A DNA stretch of 33,971 nucleotides from a bacterium (GTDB taxonomy: Bacteria; Patescibacteriota; Minisyncoccia; Phycocordibacterales; SBAW01), in NCBI GenBank assembly GCA_021814825.1, contig JAKAHS010000002.1, forward strand, positions 1-33,971, in the 5' to 3' direction. The position numbers were made by a program, and so were the translations under genes. The stretch's first letter is position 1; the number at the start of each line of letters is the position of its first letter. Below the pieces are notes generated by a model, which worked only from the letters and a program-made list of their open reading frames with translations, ran no database searches and was not told where the DNA came from. This document shows positions 1 to 7,242 of the stretch, one piece after another.

Positions 1-959
1 CCGTCTTCGATCGCACCGCGATGGATCTCGCGATCGACCGCGTCGTCGAGCAATCGATCCGCCGCACCCTTCGGAAGTTTCGCAAAGCGCTCATCGCCCT
101 CGGCGAGCTCTGCGATGCGCGCGAGCAATTCTTTCTTCAGCGCGTACATGCTGTCCTTGCCGGCCTCGCCGCAGAAAACCGTCTGCGTCATGCGCGGCGC
201 GAACTCGTTGTTGAACAATTCGACGAGTGCTTCCGGCGCTTCTTTGATGCCCATGTCACGCTTCTGCTTGCCGATCTCACGCACGATGTCACCCTGCCAC
301 TTCAAGAGAATGTTGTGTTCCTCGACTGCGCGCGCGAATGCTGCGGCGACCTTATCCTCCTCAACTTCCTTCGCGCCGACCTCGATCATGTTGATCGTAT
401 TGTCGCGGCCGCAGGCGAGCAGTTCAAATGCCATGTCGTCGGAGCCGCGGAATGCGTAGGTCGGGTTGACGATGAGGTCCGAAGACCCCTTCTTCCCTGC
501 GATGCGCACTGCAGCGACCGGGCCCTTCCATGGAATGTCAGAGGTTGCGAGCGCGAGCGACGCCGCGTTGACCGCGAGTACGTCAGGGTCATCTTCATCG
601 ATCGCAAGCACGGTGATGATCACCTGCACTTCGTTGCGCATCGTCCAGTCAAAGAGCGGACGAATGGTGCGGTCGACAACGCGGCCGGAGAGGATCGCTT
701 CTTCGGTCGGTCGGCCTTCGCGGCGCACGAAGCGGCTGCCGCCGAGCTTCCCTGCTGCATAGAAACGCTCTTCGTATTCGACGGTGAGCGGGAAATAATC
801 GATATCGTCGCGCGTCTTCTCACTGATGACCGCCGTAGCGAGTATCGCGGTGTTGCCGTAGCGCAAGATGACGGAACCGTTCGCATTTTCTGCTAGGTCG
901 CTGAACTCAGCGGTCATGGTCTTGCCGCCGATCTCGCACGAGAACTTCTTTGATCGCAT
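1..959 (-). CDS. pnp: polyribonucleotide nucleotidyltransferase (PNPase), N-terminal part; the 3' end runs off the window
   Basis: Own reverse-strand translation from the ATG at 959 gives MRSKKFSCEIGGKTMTAEFSDLAENANGSVILRYGNTAILATAVIS...VEYEERFYAAGKLGGSRFVRREGRPTEEAILSGRVVDRTIRPLF, a PNPase RNase PH-like core. The frame stays open to position 1, so it is absent from the ORF track, which shows only the antisense shadow 21..896. rpsO lies upstream on the same strand (classical rpsO-pnp arrangement). Confidence 0.9.
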   Translation of the reverse strand, partial: MRSKKFSCEIGGKTMTAEFSDLAENANGSVILRYGNTAILATAVISEKTRDDIDYFPLTVEYEERFYAAGKLGGSRFVRREGRPTEEAILSGRVVDRTIRPLFDWTMRNEVQVIITVLAIDEDDPDVLAVNAASLALATSDIPWKGPVAAVRIAGKKGSSDLIVNPTYAFRGSDDMAFELLACGRDNTINMIEVGAKEVEEDKVAAAFARAVEEHNILLKWQGDIVREIGKQKRDMGIKEAPEALVELFNNEFAPRMTQTVFCGEAGKDSMYALKKELLARIAELAEGDERFAKLPKGAADRLLDDAVDREIHRGAIED

Positions 960-1061
960 AGTGCTAGTTGCGAGCGATCTCCAGATTTCAGCATTGAAGG
1001 ATTCAATACTGCCTATCCGAAGACCGCACGAAATTACTTTTTAATATCGCCACTGTATCAA

Positions 1062-1119
1062 AAAATAACCTCAGATGCGAGCTCCGCCGGATGGCGGAGC
1101 TCGCATCTGAGGTTATTTT
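1062..1119 (-). terminator. 27-bp perfect-stem hairpin downstream of the NYN gene
   Basis: The arm aaaataacctcagatgcgagctccgcc (1062-1088), loop ggat, and the exact reverse complement (1093-1119). A/T runs at both stem ends would allow termination in either direction. Confidence 0.75.
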
Positions 1120-1126
1120 GTTCTTT

Positions 1127-1729
1127 TTATTCCTCTCCGGACATAGCTATCGCAGGGTCAATGGGTTCGCTGTCGCCACCGTCCGGCGCGTCTGCGCGAT
1201 TCGTGCCCGAGAACCAGCGGCCGCGGCCGATCAAAAACGCGCGCGGATCGTCGCACAGGTCGACAAAGTCATCAGCTGCTTCGCGCAGCTGCATCGCGGC
1301 GCTCTTACCGAACGCGATCACCTCGACCTGACATCCTTGCGAATATTTCAAATACTCGACGACCGGCACGAAGTCACCATCGCCCGTTGCAAGGATGATC
1401 GTATCGAGCTTTTGCGACATCGCGATCGCGTCGACCGCCATGCCAAGATCCCAGTCCGCCTTCTTGGCACCGCCGGCGAACACGCGAATATCTTTCACCT
1501 TGGTCTCGATGCCGAGCTTGTTGAGCGCGTCAAAGAATCCTTTTTCTTCTTCCGACTCGGTGCGGATCACATACGCGATCGCGCGCACGAGCTCGCGGCC
1601 CGCGATCGCTTCTTTGACGATGGCGCCGAAGTTCACCTTGGCGTGATAGAGATTTTTCGCACTGTGATATAAATTCTGCGTGTCTATGAAAATGCCGACA
1701 CGCTGGCTTTTTTGTTTAACGATCGCCAT
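1127..1729 (-). CDS. NYN domain (LabA/DUF88-like PIN-fold) protein
   Basis: 200-aa ORF. Sequence is MAIVKQKSQRVGIFIDTQNLYHSAK...ILATGDGDFVPVVEYLK...VEVIAFG. The GIFID.QN start and the TGDGDF acidic motif are typical of NYN/LabA proteins. Confidence 0.8.
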   Translation of the reverse strand: MAIVKQKSQRVGIFIDTQNLYHSAKNLYHAKVNFGAIVKEAIAGRELVRAIAYVIRTESEEEKGFFDALNKLGIETKVKDIRVFAGGAKKADWDLGMAVDAIAMSQKLDTIILATGDGDFVPVVEYLKYSQGCQVEVIAFGKSAAMQLREAADDFVDLCDDPRAFLIGRGRWFSGTNRADAPDGGDSEPIDPAIAMSGEE

Positions 1730-1850
1730 ATGAAAATAGGTTATAGGTTATAGCTTGTAGGTTTTAGGAAAACCATAAGGCTTACACCAGAGATTAAAAT
1801 TATGAACGGGTCCTCTGTAAAGTATACACCGAAGCGTGGGTATCTACGCA

Positions 1851-1880
1851 AAGCGCGCGGTTGTGCCGCGCGCTTTTTTG
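1851..1880. terminator. GC-rich 10-bp hairpin downstream of rpsO
   Basis: aagcgcgcgg / ttgtg / ccgcgcgctt, followed by tttt on the plus strand and only ttt on the minus strand. It lies 15 nt after the rpsO stop. Confidence 0.45.
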
Positions 1881-1894
1881 GGACGGACCCGTAA

Positions 1895-2161
1895 TTACTT
1901 CTTAAGACCGAGTTTCTTAACAATAGCGCTGTAGCGCTTCTTGTTCTTGTCCTCGAGATACTTCAAATGAGTGCGTCGGTCGGCGACCATCTGCAAAAGA
2001 CCGCGGCGCGAGTGCTTGTCCTTGGTGTTCTTCTTGAGATGTGTCGCGAGTTCGTCGATACGCTTCGAAAGGATCGCGATCTGCACCTCCGGAGAACCGG
2101 TGTCGGTGTCGTGTATCGCTGATTCCTTTATTACAGCCGTTTTTTTGCGCTTAGTGAGCAT
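1895..2161 (-). CDS. rpsO: 30S ribosomal protein S15
   Basis: Sequence is MLTKRKKTAVIKESAIHDTDTGSPEVQIAILSKRIDELATHLKKNTKDKHSRRGLLQMVADRRTHLKYL. The S15 signature is present. AAGGTG sits 5 nt upstream of the ATG at 2161, and the track's first codon at 2167 is a GTG inside that RBS. Confidence 0.95.
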   Translation of the reverse strand: MLTKRKKTAVIKESAIHDTDTGSPEVQIAILSKRIDELATHLKKNTKDKHSRRGLLQMVADRRTHLKYLEDKNKKRYSAIVKKLGLKK

Positions 2162-2214
2162 GAACACACCTTAGCATATCTTGACGTTTTGCGCAAGGCC
2201 TTGCGTCTATCCAA

Positions 2215-2490
2215 AAATAAAAAGCGCCTCAGGGGACGCTTTTCGAAAGGAGGGCAAATAGAGGAGCCCCAGCTCCTCGTGGGGCGCACGATAGTGGACT
2301 GTCACATGCGCATGTGGGCGATCTTATCACCGTACACGCTCCGTGCGGCGAGTCTCCATCAGGTCCGACCATTTTCAGGTCAGTCACAACAGGAAAAAGC
2401 ATCTACGTCGCAGCTTTGAAGCGCTTTGTACCACCTACTTGCTTTCTGAGGAACTGGAGCTTCTTGTATCGTAGCAACCCGCTCCTCTAT
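2215..2490 (-). ncRNA. candidate structured non-coding RNA, class not assigned
   Basis: About 380 nt of spacer with no credible ORF. On the minus strand, ATAGAGGAGC (2490-2481) pairs perfectly with GCTCCTCTAT (2267-2258). The helix extends via GGGTTGC/GCGCCCC and ACGATA/TATCGT. A short stem followed by TTTTTATTTTT (about 2243-2212) ends the unit just before the rpsO RBS. Confidence 0.35.
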
Positions 2491-2549
2491 GCGCAAGGGT
2501 GCGTTATACTAACATTGTGCGACGCTTGTCATCGCGCACACATTTTATT

Positions 2550-3458
2550 ATGTCATCCGACCTTCGTAGCCTTAAAGCCGAATTTCTTGAGTATCTTGAG
2601 ATCGAACGCGGCCGCAGCGTGAAGACGGTCGAAAATTACGACCACTATCTTACGCGCTATCTCGACTTCGCCAAGATACATGACCCTTCGCAGCTCACTG
2701 AACGCAGTGTGCGCGAGTTTCGCCTGTATCTTAACCGCGAGAAAGGCACCGCCGGCACGATGAAACTCAAGACGCAGAACTACTACCTCATCGCGCTGCG
2801 CGCCTTTCTTAAATTTTTGCGCAAACGCGGGCTTGAATCGCTATCGCCGGAGCGTATTGAGCTTGCCAAGGTCGGTGGTCGCGATCTCGAGCTCATCACT
2901 GCTGAAGAACTCAACCGCCTGCTCAAAGCGCCGAGCGGGTCTTCAGTGCGCGCTTTGCGCGATCGTGCGATCCTCGAACTTTTCTTTTCGACCGGCCTAC
3001 GCGTCTCTGAATTATGTTCGCTCAACCGCGACCTTGACCTGTCGCGTGACGAATTCTCTATACGCGGCAAGGGCGACAAGGTTCGCGTGGTCTTTCTCTC
3101 TCCCGATGCAAAGGATGCAGTGAAGGCATATCTCGACAAGCGTGCCGATCTCGACGACTCGCTCTTCATCCAAATGGGCAAGAATTCTAAGAACGTCAAG
3201 GATCTGCGCCTCACGCCGCGTTCCGTTGAGCGCATGGTCAAACACTATGCCACCAAGGCCGGTATCACCCGCAAGGTGACGCCACACGTCGTACGCCACG
3301 TCTTCGCGACCGATCTTCTGGAGAATGGTGCCGACCTTCGCTCGGTGCAGGCGCTGCTTGGTCACGCCAACATCACGACCACGCAAGTATATACCCACGT
3401 GACCGACAAACATCTTCGCGACATACACCAGCGCTTCCACGGCAAGCGCCGCGAGTGA
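2550..3458 (+). CDS. xerC: tyrosine site-specific recombinase, XerC/XerD family
   Basis: Sequence is MSSDLRSLKAEFLEYLEIERGRSVKTVENY...GLRVSELCSL...HVVRHVFATDLLENGADLRSVQALLGHANITTTQVYTHV, showing the R..HxxR..Y catalytic signature. An in-frame GTG at 2517 sits exactly 6 nt after TATACT (2505-2510) and is an alternative leaderless start. Confidence 0.9.
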   Translation: MSSDLRSLKAEFLEYLEIERGRSVKTVENYDHYLTRYLDFAKIHDPSQLTERSVREFRLYLNREKGTAGTMKLKTQNYYLIALRAFLKFLRKRGLESLSPERIELAKVGGRDLELITAEELNRLLKAPSGSSVRALRDRAILELFFSTGLRVSELCSLNRDLDLSRDEFSIRGKGDKVRVVFLSPDAKDAVKAYLDKRADLDDSLFIQMGKNSKNVKDLRLTPRSVERMVKHYATKAGITRKVTPHVVRHVFATDLLENGADLRSVQALLGHANITTTQVYTHVTDKHLRDIHQRFHGKRRE

Positions 3459-3471
3459 ATATAAAAAGAAC

Positions 3472-3490
3472 GCCCGGCATTGTGCCGGGC
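3472..3490. terminator. hairpin between convergent xerC and a small minus-strand ORF
   Basis: gcccggca / ttg / tgccgggc. On the minus strand it is followed by gttcttttta. Confidence 0.6.
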
Positions 3491-3510
3491 ATGAGATCAT
3501 TTGCGGGTTT

Positions 3511-3735
3511 TCAGGACCGCTGGAGACCCAATTGTTTTTTGCACCATGCGAGGACCTTTGGCGGACAGGTCGTCACGTCGTGCGAGCAGATCCACATGCG
3601 AAACTTGTCTTCAGTCTCCGGCGTGTCGCCTAATGCGGCGAGAAAGATCTGGCGGTCCTTGAAAAGCTCGCGGCCTTGTTTGGCGAAATGATCCGCCGTC
3701 TCGTCGAGAAGCTTGCGTATTCCTTTTGCGTTCAT
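3511..3735 (-). CDS. small hypothetical protein (74 aa)
   Basis: ORF MNAKGIRKLLDETADHFAKQGRELFKDRQIFLAALGDTPETEDKFRMWICSHDVTTCPPKVLAWCKKQ. AGGAG lies 7 nt upstream of the ATG at 3735 and a terminator lies downstream. No family recognised. Confidence 0.6.
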   Translation of the reverse strand: MNAKGIRKLLDETADHFAKQGRELFKDRQIFLAALGDTPETEDKFRMWICSHDVTTCPPKVLAWCKKQLGLQRS

Positions 3736-3852
3736 GATCGAGCTCCTGTGTCGGTTCAACTACCAGTGTAAACTGCGGGGCCGCGTGAATGGTTTCGCCC
3801 CATATCCTCCGTTATTATCGCGCAAAAGCACTCGCCTTGCTAGTATACAAAT

Positions 3853-4137
3853 ATGAGTCCCGTTAGAGATAAAAACGGTTTTTATACATACGTGTTACAA
3901 AGTCTGAAGGATGGTAAGCTGTACACCGGATATACGAGCGATCTACGGAAGCGTTTCAAACAGCATAACGATGGCGAAAGTACTTCAACAAAACACCGCG
4001 TTCCTTTTGAGTTGATATACTATGAAATGTGTCGCAATGAAGAAGACGCGAGGTCGAGAGAATTATTTCTTAAATCTGGTATGGGCAAGCGCTATCTCAA
4101 CAATCGTTTGAAACGCTTCCTATCTCTAACGGGATGA
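3853..4137 (+). CDS. GIY-YIG (URI-domain) nuclease family protein
   Basis: Sequence is MSPVRDKNGFYTYVLQSLKDGKLYTGYTSDLRKRFKQHNDG...ELIYYEMCRNEEDARSRELFLKSGMGKRYL. The GxY..(Y/L)YxG, R and E motifs of GIY-YIG are present. The stop overlaps the xth ATG (ATGA). The gene is AT-richer than its neighbours. Confidence 0.85.
   Translation: MSPVRDKNGFYTYVLQSLKDGKLYTGYTSDLRKRFKQHNDGESTSTKHRVPFELIYYEMCRNEEDARSRELFLKSGMGKRYLNNRLKRFLSLTG
3858..4134 (+). repeat. perfect 14-bp inverted repeat bracketing the GIY-YIG ORF
   Basis: TCCCGTTAGAGATA (3858-3871) and TATCTCTAACGGGA (4121-4134). The same 11-nt core recurs at 12906-12919 and 13011-13024. Confidence 0.9.
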
Positions 4138-4907
4138 AGTTTGTCTCTTGGAACGTGAACGGTTTGCGCGCCACGGTTAAAAATGGCGCGTGGGATGAAT
4201 TTGTGCGTACCACAAAGGCCGATGTCATTTGTTTGCAGGAAACAAAGGCAGAACCGGATCAGTTGCCGGAGAATGTGCGCACCCTGCCTGGCTTCCACTC
4301 CTATTTTTCTTGGAGCAAGGGACGCAAGGGATACAGCGGCGTCGCGCTCTATGCCAAGCAAGAGCCGGATGAAGTGTTCCGCGGTGTCGGCGTCCCGAAG
4401 TTCGATGATGAAGGACGAGTTATCGGCGCTCGTTGGGATAAACTCGTGCTGTTGAACGTGTATTTCCCAAATGGCGGACAAGGACCGCACCGCCTAGAGT
4501 ACAAGCTCGACTTTTATGATGCCTTCCTTGAATTCATTGACGCACTTAAAGAAAAGGACTTTCACATTATCTTCTGCGGCGATGTAAATACGGCGCACGA
4601 AGAGATCGATCTTGCACGACCGAAAGAGAACGAAGGCAACACCGGTTTTTTGCCCGAGGAGCGCGCGTGGATCGATGAAGTGATCAATCATGGCTATGTG
4701 GATGCATGGCGCAACTTCAATCCAGGAAAAGCGAATGCGTACACCTATTGGGATATCAAGACACACGCGCGCGATCGCAATGTCGGCTGGCGCCTCGATT
4801 ACTTTTTTGTCAGCCGTAGTCTCCTGCCAAATATCACCAAAGTCGAGATCCTTTCAGAGATCTACGGTTCCGACCACTGCCCTATTTCGCTTGAAATAAA
4901 AGAGTAA
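4134..4907 (+). CDS. xth: exodeoxyribonuclease III (AP endonuclease)
   Basis: Sequence is MKFVSWNVNGLRA...ADVICLQETK...YSGVALY...NVYFPNG...GDVNTAHEEIDL...WRLDYFFVS...GSDHCPISLEI. Full EEP/Xth motif set. Confidence 0.95.
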   Translation: MKFVSWNVNGLRATVKNGAWDEFVRTTKADVICLQETKAEPDQLPENVRTLPGFHSYFSWSKGRKGYSGVALYAKQEPDEVFRGVGVPKFDDEGRVIGARWDKLVLLNVYFPNGGQGPHRLEYKLDFYDAFLEFIDALKEKDFHIIFCGDVNTAHEEIDLARPKENEGNTGFLPEERAWIDEVINHGYVDAWRNFNPGKANAYTYWDIKTHARDRNVGWRLDYFFVSRSLLPNITKVEILSEIYGSDHCPISLEIKE

Positions 4908-4933
4908 AGCCACAGGGTCCGTAAAAGTGTTAA

Positions 4934-4962
4934 GACGAAGCTTGTGGCTTCGTTTTGATTTT
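4934..4962 (+). terminator. rho-independent terminator of xth
   Basis: acgaagc / ttgtg / gcttcgt followed by tttgattttt. Confidence 0.75.
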
Positions 4963-5346
4963 TAAACACAAAAGCCGCTTAGCGGTTGGAGTAAAATTTG
5001 CTAAGCGGCCGGCGCTTGAGTTTCCTAAGTTAGCTTTTGAGGGACATACTACACCTTTATTATGTTACGTGTGAGAGGTTGTATGCTTCCGCTAAAATTT
5101 AAATTAGCAAACTAGCGCGTTGCATTCTGCAGATGCAACTGTATACAAAGAACTGGCGTCCGAGATACGCGTTCTTTGCATGGTTTCAATTTCCTCGATT
5201 TACTTCGAGAACTCAGAAACCAAGAGACGTATCCTTGGACATGGGTGCTACTGCATTAGGGCGATGCGTCAGCGGTCTATTTGTCAGTATAATGTCCTTT
5301 ATGTCTTTTACAAGCTGTCCTTGACGACTGTCTGTGGATAACTTAT

Positions 5347-6810
5347 TTATCCGACATGGAAGTGTTTGTGGATCTCCTTTATACTTGCTTCCTCTTCCTC
5401 GGCCTTGCGCTCCTTCCCCTCTTCACCCATCGCTTGGAGTTCTTTATCGGACATTTGCGCTAGCTCGAGCGAGCGCTTCTCCAGGTGGTCAGCTGTATTC
5501 CGAGTCGGATCATCCAATACTTCTTCAAGCAAAGCGTGCAAGATCCACCCGATCCGCGGCCCCGGGTTTTCATGTGAAATTTCCATAAGCCGCTTCCCGT
5601 CTATGGCGAGCATTCCAACAGAAATAGGGTCGCGCAACGCCTGAGCGATCATGGCTTGGTATTTCCGCAGCCGAAACGGCTGCTCCTTCGGTCTGCCTGT
5701 TCCGATACGGTCGCAAATACGAAGGTCGATCAAGGGCTCGATGTTCTCTCTGCCGACGTTCGCGATGATACGGCGCACCGCAGAGAGCGTTACCTTATCT
5801 GGGTCAGAGAAAAACATGTGCCAGCGTACCAGTTTTGTTACTATTTCGGCAGTTTCACGTGGCACCTTAAGGTTTTCGAGTATCTTCTTGGCCATGCGCG
5901 CCCCGATCACTTCGTGACCGTGGAACGTCCAGTCGCGCTTTTCATGTGAAAATCTCCGGCTTTTTGGCTTCCCTACGTCGTGAAAAAGCGATGCGAGACG
6001 GACTTCCGTAGAATAATTTTTGTCTGCCGCATGCTGTAGGGCGCGCAGATTGTGTTCGAAAACCTCATATTTGTGGGCCTGGTTCTGTTCGATCCCGATC
6101 CCTGCCTCCAACTCCGGAGCTATAAAGGACAAAACACCAAGCTGATGTGCCAATTGGAGCGCCTCCATTGGCCTATCTGACTGCACAATGCGGAGGAATT
6201 CATCGCGGATGCGCTCTTTGGATATCTTGGCGAGCTGTCCTGCCTGCGCCTGTATGGCCTCCTGGGTCCCCTTCTCTATAGAAAAACTAAGTTCAGCGTG
6301 AAGGCGGATGGCGCGCAAAATACGCAGGGCGTCTTCGGCGAAACGTTCATGAGGATCGCCAACGGCACGGATGAGCCCGTCCTTGAGGTCCTGTTTCCCA
6401 TGAAAATCGTCGATCGACTCCCCTGTTTTAGGTCGATACGCCAAGGCATTTATAGTGAAATCGCGTCTTTTGAGGTCTTCATGCACATCTTTACTCCACT
6501 CAACCGATTCGGGTCGGCGCGCATCGGTGTACGGCCCTTCCGTGCGGTACGGAGTCACTTCGACAACCTTGAGACTTGCTGGCGCGTCTTCTGTGACGAT
6601 CCCGACAGTACCGAAGTCGTTGGTATAAAAGGTGTTTTCAAACAATTCCTGGATCTGTTCCGGCGTCGCATTGGTCGTAACGTCCCAATCCTTCGGCTCC
6701 TTCCCCAGCAACATGTCCCGCATGCAGCCACCCACGACATACGCTTCAAAACCCGCTTTCTCAAGCGTCTCTGTGATGTGGAGAACTTCTGCCGGAATAA
6801 GATTCGACAT
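5347..6810 (-). CDS. cca: CCA-adding tRNA nucleotidyltransferase with HD domain
   Basis: Sequence is MSNLIPAEVL...YVVGGCMRDMLLGKEPKDWDVTT...RRDFTINALAY...LFHDVGKP. PolyA-pol head domain plus HD motif. TATAAT (6822-6817) lies exactly 6 nt before the ATG at 6810. Confidence 0.9.
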   Translation of the reverse strand: MSNLIPAEVLHITETLEKAGFEAYVVGGCMRDMLLGKEPKDWDVTTNATPEQIQELFENTFYTNDFGTVGIVTEDAPASLKVVEVTPYRTEGPYTDARRPESVEWSKDVHEDLKRRDFTINALAYRPKTGESIDDFHGKQDLKDGLIRAVGDPHERFAEDALRILRAIRLHAELSFSIEKGTQEAIQAQAGQLAKISKERIRDEFLRIVQSDRPMEALQLAHQLGVLSFIAPELEAGIGIEQNQAHKYEVFEHNLRALQHAADKNYSTEVRLASLFHDVGKPKSRRFSHEKRDWTFHGHEVIGARMAKKILENLKVPRETAEIVTKLVRWHMFFSDPDKVTLSAVRRIIANVGRENIEPLIDLRICDRIGTGRPKEQPFRLRKYQAMIAQALRDPISVGMLAIDGKRLMEISHENPGPRIGWILHALLEEVLDDPTRNTADHLEKRSLELAQMSDKELQAMGEEGKERKAEEEEASIKEIHKHFHVG

Positions 6811-6932
6811 GGGTTAATTATACACGCAACTAGACTAGCCTACCTCCAACACCCGTTCGCGCTGATTCGGTCCTGTAAAAACAAAAGACCCCTTGGTAGG
6901 AGCCTTTTGTTTTTACAGCCTCTCTCGCTTTG

Positions 6933-7003
6933 TGCGGATAGGGAGAATCGAACTCCCACCCCGTCCTTGGCAAGGACGTGTCCTACCATTAAACGATATC
7001 CGC
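6933..7003 (-). tRNA. tRNA-Gly (anticodon GCC)
   Basis: Hand-folded 71-nt cloverleaf. Acceptor GCGGATA/TATCCGC, anticodon stem CGTCC/GGACG with loop TTGCCAA, T arm GGGAG-TTCGATT-CTCCC. No encoded CCA. Confidence 0.9.
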
Positions 7004-7059
7004 ATGGTGACGATTATTATCATACGGCATGAATGTGTTTTGTGCAAAGTGCGCAGTTA

Positions 7060-7090
7060 TTAGCAATTTCCTTCGATGTGGCGTTATAAT
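7060..7090 (+). promoter_or_regulatory. candidate promoter of tRNA-Arg
   Basis: Perfect TATAAT at 7085-7090, 13 nt before the tRNA 5' end. TTAGCA at 7060-7065 gives a long 19-nt spacer. Confidence 0.4.
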
Positions 7091-7103
7091 AGGGTGCATC
7101 CAT

Positions 7104-7175
7104 GCTCCCGTGGTGAAATGGATATCACGACAGGCTTCGAACCTGTTATTGGGGGTTCGAGTCCCTCCGGGAGCA
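7104..7175 (+). tRNA. tRNA-Arg (anticodon TCG)
   Basis: 72-nt cloverleaf. Acceptor GCTCCCG/CGGGAGC, anticodon stem ACAGG/CCTGT with loop CTTCGAA, T arm GGGGG-TTCGAGT-CCCTC. No encoded CCA. Confidence 0.9.
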
Positions 7176-7223
7176 CAAAAAATCAAGGAGCCACATGCGG
7201 AGCATTTGCGACTATGATTTTGC

Positions 7224-7242
7224 GCTCCCGGAGGGACTCGAA
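7224..7242 (-). repeat. 19-nt inverted copy of the tRNA-Arg T-arm/acceptor 3' half
   Basis: GCTCCCGGAGGGACTCGAA is the exact reverse complement of 7156-7174. The 76 nt upstream of it on the minus strand do not fold as a tRNA. Confidence 0.85.

Noticed and set aside
21-896. 291-aa plus-strand ORF (and nested ORFs at 115..459, 466..762).
   Set aside because: It is the antisense shadow of pnp. Its translation is Arg/Ala/Asp/Leu-rich with no motifs, while the minus strand gives an unmistakable PNPase sequence.
2229-2260. GGGGACGCTTTTCGAAAGG on the plus strand resembles a tmRNA 5' end (GGGGACG..TTCGA).
   Set aside because: There is no matching 3' tRNA-like end (no GGTTCGA T arm and no ...CCACCA) and no tag-peptide reading frame ending in hydrophobic residues plus a stop within 400 nt.
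2355-2440. Two motif resemblances. CAGGTCC / CAGGTCAG repeats on the plus strand resemble the SRP RNA helix 8 motif. GGTGGTAC on the minus strand resembles the T-box motif.
   Set aside because: The SRP GGAA tetraloop/AGCA context does not fit. The T-box-like word lies near the 5' end rather than next to the terminator, and the downstream gene (rpsO) is not a T-box target class.
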